From: Phycisphaerales bacterium
GTDB taxonomy: Bacteria > Planctomycetota > Phycisphaerae > WQYP01
Direction: 5' to 3'
NCBI GenBank assembly: GCA_027451365.1
Contig: DAIDJN010000040.1
Span: forward strand, 32,001 to 96,000
DNA length: 64,000 bases
Below the pieces are notes generated by a model. That model ran no database searches. It was not told where the DNA came from and saw only the letters and a list, made by a program, of their open reading frames with translations. The stretch's first letter is position 1, and every line of letters starts with the position of its first letter. Made by a program: the position numbers and the translations under genes. Below are positions 1 through 9,178 of this stretch, one piece after another.

Positions 1-731
1 CCGCCGGCAGCGACCATTTTTATTTGCGTGGTCAGGTGCGGGCCACCGGCGATTACGCCATGCAGGCCACTATCAGTGATCCGGGACTTTTTGCCGGAAA
101 CGTGATGCGTCAGTCACTGGTCAATCAGGGGATTATCGTCAGCGGCGTCGTCAGGCGTGGCACACTGGCAGCGGCCGGAGGGACGCCGCGCCTGCTGGCA
201 ACTTATGAAACACCTCTTCTGGACATTCTGCACCGCGCTAATACCGACAGCATTAACCTGATGGCTGAAAGCATGTGCAAACTGCTCGGGCATCTGGCCA
301 CCGGTGAGCCAGGAAGCTGGGCCAATGGTGATGCCGCGGTGATGGCCTGGCTTGGAAAAATGGGGATTGGCCCGCAATTGGCTCACATGGTGGATGGTTC
401 GGGCCTTTCGCACTTTGACCACATCGCGCCTGTGGCACTTACCGCGGTACTGGCAAAAATGGCCTATCGACCGGATGGACGGGCATTTATCAATACACTT
501 TGCCGCCCGGGCCACGGAACGCTGATTCATCGCTTCATGGGGTCGCCGGTGGGCAAGCATGTTCGCGCCAAGGACGGCCATATTACCGGGGCATCCACGC
601 TTAGCGGCTATTTGTTTGTCGGCCAACGCACTTTTGTGTTTTCCATCATGTGCAATTACTACCATGGCAACGTCAATCCGTGGCAGGACCGCCTGGTGAT
701 TGACCTGTACAACTGGGCCAAGCGCCACTGA
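1..731 (+). CDS. dacB: D-alanyl-D-alanine carboxypeptidase/endopeptidase (PBP4, peptidase S13), 5'-truncated by window edge
   Basis: SxN motif (DSINLMAE), DGSGLS motif, RAKDGHI..ASTLSGY at the KTG position, and FVFSIMCN C-terminal strand typical of S13. Confidence 0.88.
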   Translation, partial: AGSDHFYLRGQVRATGDYAMQATISDPGLFAGNVMRQSLVNQGIIVSGVVRRGTLAAAGGTPRLLATYETPLLDILHRANTDSINLMAESMCKLLGHLATGEPGSWANGDAAVMAWLGKMGIGPQLAHMVDGSGLSHFDHIAPVALTAVLAKMAYRPDGRAFINTLCRPGHGTLIHRFMGSPVGKHVRAKDGHITGASTLSGYLFVGQRTFVFSIMCNYYHGNVNPWQDRLVIDLYNWAKRH

Positions 732-863
732 TCCGGGCAAGTCCCGGATTATCCAGCCAAAAGGCAAAGTTCCTGATTAAATCCGGACAGGCGCAGTGAC
801 ATGTGGACTGCACGCAAGCTGCCGCGTCTTGCCCGTGGTGATTTGCCGGGCGCAGCGCAATCC

Positions 864-1580
864 TTACCGCACCAGGCTCAGCAGTTTTGACCGGCGATTC
901 AACTGCTCCTGCAAAAAATTAAACGCCATCTTCGCTCTGGGTACATGCGGGACTTCCAGAAGCGGGGTTATTTTGTCCGTGCTGCGCACGCAGATTGTGC
1001 CCACGCCCAGAATGCGCTGCACAAAGCCCTGATGCAGTTGAATATCCAGAACGCAGTTTAAGGATACCCAGTCTATCTGGCGTGTAAAAATACCTTTCTG
1101 TGTCTCAATTCGGTTTTCACTGATAATGCATCGTGTCATGCGCGCATGCAGAAAAACAAAGAACGCGGTGATCACCACCACGCCCGAAACGCCTGCGACA
1201 ATCATGCCCGCCCACGGCCGCAAAGATGGAATTAGAAATAATCCGCCAGCCAATATTTCCACCATCAGGCAGGTCAGGTATTTCCAGAAATTATCCCACT
1301 GCGAAAGACGCAGAACAATGATCGGTGCGGAATCATCCATCGCCGTTGCAGCCGGTGGGGGCCTTTTCTGACTTTCAGTTGCCGGGGCTTGGGCCGCGTC
1401 GGTTTCCCGATCGCCCAAAGACTGCGCGGCAACAGACGTGGCCACAGCCAGGACTGGAATTATCACGCGGCTGCACGCCGGGCAGACCACATGCCGCCCA
1501 ATCTGGTTTGGGTCCAGCACAAGCCGACGGCCACACACGCATTGTGCGGCAAATGCCTGAATGGTAGATTGATCGCCCAT
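864..1580 (-). CDS. Membrane-flanked bacterial PH (bPH_2)-domain protein with N-terminal Zn-ribbon
   Basis: CVCG..CPAC, two TM helices, then ENRIETQKGIF..QGFVQRILGVGTI pattern. ATG at 1580 chosen so the gene does not overlap the upstream one. Confidence 0.7.
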   Translation of the reverse strand: MGDQSTIQAFAAQCVCGRRLVLDPNQIGRHVVCPACSRVIIPVLAVATSVAAQSLGDRETDAAQAPATESQKRPPPAATAMDDSAPIIVLRLSQWDNFWKYLTCLMVEILAGGLFLIPSLRPWAGMIVAGVSGVVVITAFFVFLHARMTRCIISENRIETQKGIFTRQIDWVSLNCVLDIQLHQGFVQRILGVGTICVRSTDKITPLLEVPHVPRAKMAFNFLQEQLNRRSKLLSLVR

Positions 1581-1599
1581 GCAATCTTTGCTCCGGCAG

Positions 1600-2925
1600 T
1601 TATTTCCGCAGCAGTGCCGCGTCCAACCAGTCCATGCGCGCCCGCACATCGAATCGTGCGCCATCCGTAACCTGCAATGAAAGCACGCGGCCATTGGTCA
1701 CATTCAGATTCACCAGTTGCAGCGGTGTGCCGACTTGCAGCAGCCCCGAATGCCAGATGACTTTTCCATCCAGCAGAACGCGGGCTTGCGACCGGCCGAA
1801 TGGCGCAGCGCTCTGGTCCATGGCGGGCAGGAAAACGAAACGCCGATAGCCGCCATTGAGGGTATACGCAAGCGTGCTTGTGGCATGCACTCCCAGACCA
1901 TGCGAAAACCGGCGGCCGTCTGCCCGCAACGGCCCCCCCATCACATTCAAATTTCGCCGCGCCGGCCATTGGTTTGGCTCGCCGAAATAAGGAACCTGGC
2001 TGGCAATACTGGGACTAAAATCGGTCAGCCACTGGGCCTGACCGCCGCAAATGGACACTTTTAATACAGTGGACCGTAAAAACGACAGCGGCTTGCCGCC
2101 AGGTCCCTGGCAAGTCACCAAGCCCGATTTCCAGGTCAGGTTGTGCACCAGCAGTACGGAACCGTGGGAAAGGCAAACGCGTTGCGCCAGCCCATGTACA
2201 GGCATCGTCCCCACCGCCCCCCCCAACACCATATAGCGAATGCGGGACCATGGCACTGTGGCATTACCAAGCGAAGTTGACCATTGGACGTCAGTTGGGC
2301 CAAGTGTATTCATCGCGCCAACAAGTGTAGTGCCATTGGTCAGATACAAAGTGTCATTAGGTGTCGCCACCGGACGAATGGCTGGCACCGCACCATACCG
2401 AACCGCCGCAACGTCGGCCAAAGGAACATCCAGCATTCCGATGCCGCGGGCCTTTATCGTCAGATCGCCGGCGTTCAGGGTTTGCGGCTGGCCGGCCACA
2501 ACACTGCCATTGCGCAGCAATACCTGCCAGCCGCGCGCTGGCGCGATGTCGGCACCGATGCGGGTTACCTCCAGAATGTCCGCGGTGGCAAATCGCGATT
2601 TTGTGGTTTGACCGTTGTGCGAAATAGTGATGGCCAGACCGGTCGATTTTGACCAGTCGCCGGCCCGCACATCGGACAACTGCATGAATCCGCCGGTACC
2701 GCCGGCAGTCAAGGACAATTTCCCCAACTGTACATTCCAGCGAGCTTGCGCGGTCTTGCCTCCGGTCTTTTTATGAACGGCCAAAGGGCTTGTCGGGATT
2801 CGGACGGCGGCCACGCTTATGGCCGCACAAGCCGGTGCCAGCAGAGCCGTCAGCAGGGCGAATGTCCAATACGGATTTGCCGCAGAATATTTCATAGTAT
2901 TTCGAATATGTGCATTCGTTGACAT
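1600..2925 (-). CDS. Secreted NPCBM/NEW2-domain protein
   Basis: Signal-peptide-like N-terminus. C-terminal GPLRADGRRFSHGLGVHATSTLAYTLNGGY...DWLDAALL is NPCBM-like. Alternative start 2895. Confidence 0.8.
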   Translation of the reverse strand: MSTNAHIRNTMKYSAANPYWTFALLTALLAPACAAISVAAVRIPTSPLAVHKKTGGKTAQARWNVQLGKLSLTAGGTGGFMQLSDVRAGDWSKSTGLAITISHNGQTTKSRFATADILEVTRIGADIAPARGWQVLLRNGSVVAGQPQTLNAGDLTIKARGIGMLDVPLADVAAVRYGAVPAIRPVATPNDTLYLTNGTTLVGAMNTLGPTDVQWSTSLGNATVPWSRIRYMVLGGAVGTMPVHGLAQRVCLSHGSVLLVHNLTWKSGLVTCQGPGGKPLSFLRSTVLKVSICGGQAQWLTDFSPSIASQVPYFGEPNQWPARRNLNVMGGPLRADGRRFSHGLGVHATSTLAYTLNGGYRRFVFLPAMDQSAAPFGRSQARVLLDGKVIWHSGLLQVGTPLQLVNLNVTNGRVLSLQVTDGARFDVRARMDWLDAALLRK

Positions 2926-2947
2926 ATTGTCTGGTCCTGTGGCAAGC

Positions 2948-4060
2948 TTATTTTTGCAGAATGGGCAGCACCCGATCGGGAATCTGGAGAATTATCAGCG
3001 CCATGGCCGTGCCGTAGCTCGTTCCGGGGCCGCCGCTCCAACTGCCATCATCCTGCTGGCGCTTCAGCAGGGTGGAACTCATTGCCGGCCACCATTTGCC
3101 CCACCAGGGGCCGCCAGCCAGAAACATGGCCTGCGTGCCATAGTAATTGCCGTAAAAAAAATTCCCCTGATTATTGCCCGGCGTTCCCGGAAGGCAACCC
3201 ATCAGATAATGCACCGCATTGGTGATTGCATGGCCGGAATAAACACCCGAATAAAACAGCAGGGCTACCCCCGCCGCCGATCGCGGAAATGCCGAACCCG
3301 GCATTTGCAGCATGTAACTGAATCCTCCATCCGGATTTTGGAGCTGGCGGACAAAATGAATCGCCCTCTTGATTGTCTGGCGCGGCACTGAAATGCCCGC
3401 CTGCCTCGCCGCCCGCAACGCCATTACCTGACATATCGTGACCGATAAATCCGCATCCATCGGCATTGGCTGATAGCGCCAGCCGCCGGCGGTGTTCTGG
3501 GTTTCCACAATCAGCCGGACCGCGCGTTGCAGTTTGCGCCGCAGGGCCGCCTGATGTGATTCGCCATAGGTTTCCGCCAGAAACAGCGTCGCAAATCCGT
3601 GGCCATACATCGGAGAGCCATCCTGCGGCCCGGCAATCAGGCCGGATTGCTGGCAATGTTTTAGAATATACGACAGCGCTTTGGCGACCTGATTGCCATA
3701 TTGCCCCTGACGCGGCAGGTTGCCGCCCGCCACAAATGCCAAGCCGCCAAGTGCGGTGATCGCCACCGATCCATGATCAAATGAACCATCTGGATTCTGC
3801 CGCTTGGCCAGCCACCGCAGACCTTTGTGCACAGCGCGTCGCACTGCCGGCGTTTCTTCCTGATGAATCGGGCTGACCTGACCAAATGTGACCGCACCGG
3901 AACCGGCCGGGGTCGCGGCGGAAGCGATGCCTGGTCCGCCAGCGGTGGGCAGAACAAGCAGGGCAATGCCCGTGGTCCAACTGCGAAATAATTTGCGAAT
4001 GCGGCCGCGCCGCGCGGGGCGGACTTCGGCTTGGGGTGCATTCAATTCTGTGTACCGCAT
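2948..4060 (-). CDS. Prenyltransferase/squalene-oxidase repeat (terpene cyclase-like alpha-toroid) protein
   Basis: QW-like repeats: WLAKRQNPDGSF, QNTAGGWRY, QLQNPDGGFSY, QQDDGSW. MYGHGFATLFLAE and DLSVT motifs. Confidence 0.85.
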   Translation of the reverse strand: MRYTELNAPQAEVRPARRGRIRKLFRSWTTGIALLVLPTAGGPGIASAATPAGSGAVTFGQVSPIHQEETPAVRRAVHKGLRWLAKRQNPDGSFDHGSVAITALGGLAFVAGGNLPRQGQYGNQVAKALSYILKHCQQSGLIAGPQDGSPMYGHGFATLFLAETYGESHQAALRRKLQRAVRLIVETQNTAGGWRYQPMPMDADLSVTICQVMALRAARQAGISVPRQTIKRAIHFVRQLQNPDGGFSYMLQMPGSAFPRSAAGVALLFYSGVYSGHAITNAVHYLMGCLPGTPGNNQGNFFYGNYYGTQAMFLAGGPWWGKWWPAMSSTLLKRQQDDGSWSGGPGTSYGTAMALIILQIPDRVLPILQK

Positions 4061-4369
4061 GATCACAACCCTTCTTCTGGTCAGATGAATCGGGCGCTCC
4101 ATACAGATAGTGTAATTGCCCGTCGAACGAAAGGCCAATGAAATCTGTTTGTATTTCCAATCGGGGGCGCCACTTTTTCAGGCGGATGGACCAATTTCAG
4201 CGGGAAGTCCCGACCGCAATCGGCCAGATAAATCCGTATCGGTCATTTTTTAACAAATCCATGGATTCCATTCATTGCTTCAGCCTTGAAAACGGGCCGC
4301 CGTGCCAGAAATTGCCGGCCGCCGGGAAATTGGCGGTTCCTGGCATTCCGCAGATGGACCTTTGCCCGG

Positions 4370-5143
4370 TCAGTCCGGTATAGGTGTCTGGTCGGCCACC
4401 GCCGCCACCACGGCACTGATGCTGGCCGGTCTGCGGTTTGGTGGCAACGCCCGGAGTGCGGTTGCCGCCGCGTGCAGCGTGGCACCGGTGGTACACACAT
4501 CGTCCACCAGCCAGACATTCATGCCCGCAAGATCAAATTCCACCAATGCCCCAAAAGCGCCGGCAAGATTCTGAGCTCGGGCCGAGGCGCTTTGGGTATG
4601 GGTTTGTGGCCGGGTGGCGCGCCGTCGCCGCAGTACCTCGCCCAGTGGTACGGCCAGCCGGTCCCCAATTCCATCGGCGAGCTCGGAAGCCTGATTAAAG
4701 CCGCGGCTCCATCGCCTGAATGGATGCAACGGTATGGGAATCAGCAGGTCCACCGGACTTTCCGCCCAATGCCGCATTGCGGCGGCCATCCATTCCGCCA
4801 ATACCGGTGCGATGCCCCATCGTCGCTGAAACTTTAACTGGTGGATCAGACTCGAAAGTGGCCCGGACAAGGGTCCGGCGCGCACCAGTTGCCGGACGGT
4901 TATGGAACGCGCCGGACAGCGCGGGCACCCACTGGACTGTGCATGGGGACCCGTTGTCATGCCGCATTTCAGGCAAAAGGGCCACCGTCCGAATTTTTCC
5001 AGCCTTTGGCGGACTGCCGCGGAAAGCCCGTTCTCATGCGCGGCCAAACCGGCGCCGGTAACCCAGCAACTTTTTGGAAAAAGTGCCTGGTCCGCCCAAA
5101 GTCCCGGATGGGCGGCGTGGCTGATCATTTTCCACGCATTCAT
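4370..5143 (-). CDS. ComF-family phosphoribosyltransferase-like protein
   Basis: CLKC/CPRC Zn ribbon, LIPIPLH..RR..RGFNQA, LVDDVCTTGATL PRT motif. Confidence 0.9.
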   Translation of the reverse strand: MNAWKMISHAAHPGLWADQALFPKSCWVTGAGLAAHENGLSAAVRQRLEKFGRWPFCLKCGMTTGPHAQSSGCPRCPARSITVRQLVRAGPLSGPLSSLIHQLKFQRRWGIAPVLAEWMAAAMRHWAESPVDLLIPIPLHPFRRWSRGFNQASELADGIGDRLAVPLGEVLRRRRATRPQTHTQSASARAQNLAGAFGALVEFDLAGMNVWLVDDVCTTGATLHAAATALRALPPNRRPASISAVVAAVADQTPIPD

Positions 5144-6609
5144 TTGGCAAGCTCCTGAAGAAAGCGCGTGAACTGATCGGCGATGTCCGTCGCTGTGTTA
5201 TCGGTAATCGCGGCTTTGCGCCATGTCAACGAGAAGCTTAATTGCAATCCTTCCTCCAGAGCATCCGTGTTGGCGGCTGCCCGATACGGGCCGGTTGTAG
5301 TCAGTGTGAAAACCATGGGCAGAAGTGGTCCGGTCGGTGAAATCCGCACGAAATCCAGAATTGGAAACGCGTCATCAGGCGTCGGTGGGCACATCCAATC
5401 TCCGGTCAGATTCACATTGGAAATCCCTGCCGCCACCGGCGTGTTTTTCTGGAAAAATACGGCCTGATGCCGCGGCTCGTGATAAAATCCCCAGAAAAAC
5501 CGTGCCACATCCAGTGAGCGAAGTGTCGCACGCACTGCACCGGCGGATTTAAACTTCCGTGTCTGACTGGAAACAGCCTCGACCAGACAATCGCGTTTGG
5601 GACAGTCGCCCATATTGACGCGCGTAGTGGAAAATCCCAGAAAAAGGCCGAAAACATTGTGAACCTCCGGCTCCGCCGCCGGACGCATGTCCACAATGGT
5701 GCCCAGGGCAATCCGATTCCGCGGTCCGAGCATTCCGCCAATGGTAGACGCGTGACTGGCCCGCATCAGCGCATCAATGCATTGCGCCATCGCCGCCAGA
5801 AACAGGTCATTGACGCTGGCCTTCCGTCGGCGGGCGGCGAGCCGCAAATGTTCTATGAGGCCCGCGGGCAATTTCCGGATTTTCAATCCCACTGAAAAGT
5901 CCAGCGGATCGCTTACATTCAACCGAAATGCGCGCCGGTGCTGAATATAGTATTTAAGTCCGGTCGAAATGCTGCCGCACCATCCAACGGGCGAAAATTT
6001 TCCCGTCGGGGGCCATCGAAAATTTTCGTCCGGCAATCGCAGGTCCGCAGTTGAACCATCCGGTCTGCTGAATTTCCGGTCCAGATAATATTCGGCCAGC
6101 AGGCGCATGAACTGCCGCATGGCGCTGCTGTCCGCCAGCCAGTGATCATAAATTACCAGAATCCAGTGCGATTCGGCCGGGTCAGGTACGTTAGCCGGGT
6201 CGCCTGGAATTATAAAAAAACGCAGCGGGAGGTCGGAATCGCCAAACGGCAGATTGAACTGATGCGCCGCGGTTGCCTCCAGTGTCGGACCCCCGATTTG
6301 GATTGCAACAGACTTGACCGGATGAAAACAGACATGTTCACTCTTGAATTCAGGAACCCCCAGTCCGATTTTCCGCAGCACGCGGATTGCCGCCGCGCCC
6401 AGCCGGACCGTATCCGGTGAACCGCGCACGCGCATCGCCTGTCCGGCGTTATAAGGCCCCAGCCGCGTCCACTGTTTCATAAACATTTGAAATGTATTCA
6501 GCGGTACCCGGCGCAGCGGCGGTGTGTCGGCCGGCGGTTCTCCAGCCGTGGCCGCGCGCTCGTCCGGCGGGCGGTCTTCCGGTTTGATATACGGGGAGTC
6601 TTCAACCAT
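5140..6609 (-). CDS. Standalone condensation-domain/CoA-dependent acyltransferase (PapA5/WS-DGAT-like fold)
   Basis: YDHWLADSS (HxxxD), ASVNDLFLAA, VDMRP and ISNVN segments typical of the condensation/CAT fold. Confidence 0.7.
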   Translation of the reverse strand: MVEDSPYIKPEDRPPDERAATAGEPPADTPPLRRVPLNTFQMFMKQWTRLGPYNAGQAMRVRGSPDTVRLGAAAIRVLRKIGLGVPEFKSEHVCFHPVKSVAIQIGGPTLEATAAHQFNLPFGDSDLPLRFFIIPGDPANVPDPAESHWILVIYDHWLADSSAMRQFMRLLAEYYLDRKFSRPDGSTADLRLPDENFRWPPTGKFSPVGWCGSISTGLKYYIQHRRAFRLNVSDPLDFSVGLKIRKLPAGLIEHLRLAARRRKASVNDLFLAAMAQCIDALMRASHASTIGGMLGPRNRIALGTIVDMRPAAEPEVHNVFGLFLGFSTTRVNMGDCPKRDCLVEAVSSQTRKFKSAGAVRATLRSLDVARFFWGFYHEPRHQAVFFQKNTPVAAGISNVNLTGDWMCPPTPDDAFPILDFVRISPTGPLLPMVFTLTTTGPYRAAANTDALEEGLQLSFSLTWRKAAITDNTATDIADQFTRFLQELAK

Positions 6610-6670
6610 AGCGAATCCGGAACTCCAAAGCAGACATGCGCTCCATTGGCATGACGATCAGGGTATATTA

Positions 6671-7309
6671 TCAAGGCCACACTTTGGGAATAAAACGGCC
6701 GACGTTGCTCCGGTATTGCTGATACTGCTGGCCATGCAGTTGAATCAGATAGGTTTCTTCACGCCGCGCTTCAATTTGCAGCATGGAAATGTGAATAATT
6801 GCGGTCAGAATCATCAGGGGCGTGGGCAGCGCCATGACCGTGCCGATCATCAGAAACATGGAAAGCGCATAAATCGGATGCCGGACATAACAATAGGCGC
6901 CCCGTACCACCAACTCAGTTTTTTCCTTCGGGTCAATACCAATCCTCCAGGACCGTCCCATCTGCCGCCAGCAGATGAACGTCAGTACCAGACATATTCC
7001 GCCGATCAGCGCGCCTGTCCCGGCCAGAATCACTGTGGGCGGGCCTTCCGCCAGCACAGGTGAAAGAATCCATGATCGCGGACCATTTGCCGACTCAAAC
7101 ATCCATGGCTGCAGACACCAAGCGGCAACGGCCGGTGCCCAAAGCAGACGCATCAATCTGCCGACCGGCTCGCGTGGGATCACATTGGGGTCCTTACCGA
7201 TTGTTCTGCGTATTCGCCAGCTTTTTATCGCTACCGTGCCCCAGTAAATCAACAATTCCAGACCGCACGCCAGAACCGCCAGTTTTATCAGTCCGTTTTC
7301 CGGTGCCAT
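6671..7309 (-). CDS. Isoprenylcysteine carboxyl methyltransferase / PEMT-family membrane methyltransferase
   Basis: Multiple TM helices, MGRSWRIG..LVVRGAY.YVRHPIY, EE.YL...G.QY..YR..V.RFIP. Confidence 0.88.
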   Translation of the reverse strand: MAPENGLIKLAVLACGLELLIYWGTVAIKSWRIRRTIGKDPNVIPREPVGRLMRLLWAPAVAAWCLQPWMFESANGPRSWILSPVLAEGPPTVILAGTGALIGGICLVLTFICWRQMGRSWRIGIDPKEKTELVVRGAYCYVRHPIYALSMFLMIGTVMALPTPLMILTAIIHISMLQIEARREETYLIQLHGQQYQQYRSNVGRFIPKVWP

Positions 7310-7768
7310 TAATCCTGTCCGCCAGACACATACATCCGGCACCTATTGTAACGGTTCGGGGCACCGGAACCAGCATGGCGTGTCGGTTCAGGGATGAACA
7401 ATTTGGATCAGGCATTCCGCCGGAGGTAGTTCAGCTTTCCCGACCGCTTGCTCCGGACCGCAAAATCAGTCCATAAAAGGCCTGTCGGTGCCGCAAAAAT
7501 CCAAGTGTTACCGGCAGCGTCCCAAAAGCATTATTCCGGTCAATTCTTTGCATTAAAGTTCTGATTTGTTCGATAGAAATCTTGTACATGTTGGTTTGAG
7601 TGCAACCGGGAAAAGATGTTCATTTCACCCGGACACTCGGTTCTGAAGATTGAGTTGTTCACGTTGGAACAGTGACCGCGCGTATCCGGTGATACACCGC
7701 GAAGCACCGTCCATCGCGAAATCCATCGGCACTTTTCACGTGCCGATGGACCAACAAAGGAGGTTGCC

Positions 7769-9079
7769 ATGAGTGACTGGACGCGATTAACCATGAAGAA
7801 TCTTTCGCTGGAGATACCAGCGGAATTTACCCACCAGATTTACGATGACACGCGATTGGTACTGCGTGATCCGTCCGCCTCGGTTCTGGTGGAGTTTCAA
7901 TTGTTCAATATTCACAGCGCCACAAAACCGCAGGCCGGTAGCGGAAAGACCGGAAATGGCCTGCCCACCCCGCAGCAGGTGCGCGCAACCCTGAAATGCT
8001 GGAATAAAAAACTAAACACCGCCCGCATGATGGAAACTCCGCGTGAAGTCCCCGGTGCCAACCATTTGACATACACTGCCCAAGGCGAACAGCGGCTGGG
8101 AACGCTTGCCGATCTGCTGCAGCGGATTCGGTTCGGGCGTTCGGCGACAAGCTGGCGCTTCTGGGCTGTGTGTGCGGAGGAATCCACCCTTCTGGTCGCC
8201 GCCCATGGTCCGCGCATGGCCATGGACTTTTTTCAGAAGACTCTTGTTACCGTGTTGCGGAGTGTCAAACTTGGTTCCGCTTCGCAGCTTAAAAAGCCGT
8301 TTATTCAAGCCGTGGTGGAACTCGCCCGCCAAAAACTGCCCGCCGATTCCCTGGCCGTGGTTGATAACGAGACCTTAAGTGTCGGCGGCATGAGAATCAA
8401 GGTGTCTCCGCTGCATCAGGCTTATATGGAACGGCCCGAGGGATTAGAGGAAAACGTCCGCCAGTTTTTTGATGATCTGCTGGTGGAAAATTCCGCTGAT
8501 CCGTCCTCCACCGAAGGGTGGCAGGCCGTGCGGGATTCGGTTTTTCCGGTTCTTATTCCCGCCGCTCTGGCCGATGCCATGCCCTGTGGCATCGTGCGTG
8601 AAGAATGGGTAAATCAGTTAATTATCGGCTATCAACTCCGGAATCAGTCGGAGTTGATCACCCACGAAAACTGCGCCACCTGGGGCATCAATCAGGAAAC
8701 GCTCCACAATCATGCTCTGAGCAACCTGGTCCGTCAGACGCGCGAACTAAGTATGACGGGCGGCAATAGCGGCAATTATTCGCTTTTCAGCTTTCCGCGT
8801 GATGAAGCCATGAATTCCGCTCGCCTGCTTTTGCCGCTGGTACAACGCCACCTCCGGCCGCATCTGGGTGCCACGTTCTACATGGCCGCGCCCGACCGCG
8901 ACAGTCTGCTGGCTTTTTCCGCCCAGGATGACGCCACACTCCAGTGGCTTCGTCATCAGGTTGAATTGCGTTTCGCCGCCGCCGCCCATCCGCTTAGTGA
9001 TAAACTGTTTATGGTCACTGCGGACGGCATTGTGGGTGATTATGCCAAAGCAAAACCGGAAACTGATTCCGGGGAATAA
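7769..9079 (+). CDS. DUF1444-family protein with long N-terminal extension
   Basis: Strong RBS AAGGAGG at 7757-7763. C-terminal WGI..E.LH..AL.NL, NSARLLL, AAPDRDSL, HPLSDKLF pattern. Confidence 0.65.
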   Translation: MSDWTRLTMKNLSLEIPAEFTHQIYDDTRLVLRDPSASVLVEFQLFNIHSATKPQAGSGKTGNGLPTPQQVRATLKCWNKKLNTARMMETPREVPGANHLTYTAQGEQRLGTLADLLQRIRFGRSATSWRFWAVCAEESTLLVAAHGPRMAMDFFQKTLVTVLRSVKLGSASQLKKPFIQAVVELARQKLPADSLAVVDNETLSVGGMRIKVSPLHQAYMERPEGLEENVRQFFDDLLVENSADPSSTEGWQAVRDSVFPVLIPAALADAMPCGIVREEWVNQLIIGYQLRNQSELITHENCATWGINQETLHNHALSNLVRQTRELSMTGGNSGNYSLFSFPRDEAMNSARLLLPLVQRHLRPHLGATFYMAAPDRDSLLAFSAQDDATLQWLRHQVELRFAAAAHPLSDKLFMVTADGIVGDYAKAKPETDSGE

Positions 9080-9178
9080 GGCGTTCGTATCCGCAGCCCA
9101 ATGGCTTGGTTTCAGACGCGCACCGCTCGTCGCCCCCATTGGCCTGCCGCGCCGCCGGAGCACCGGTTTTCGCTTGAG

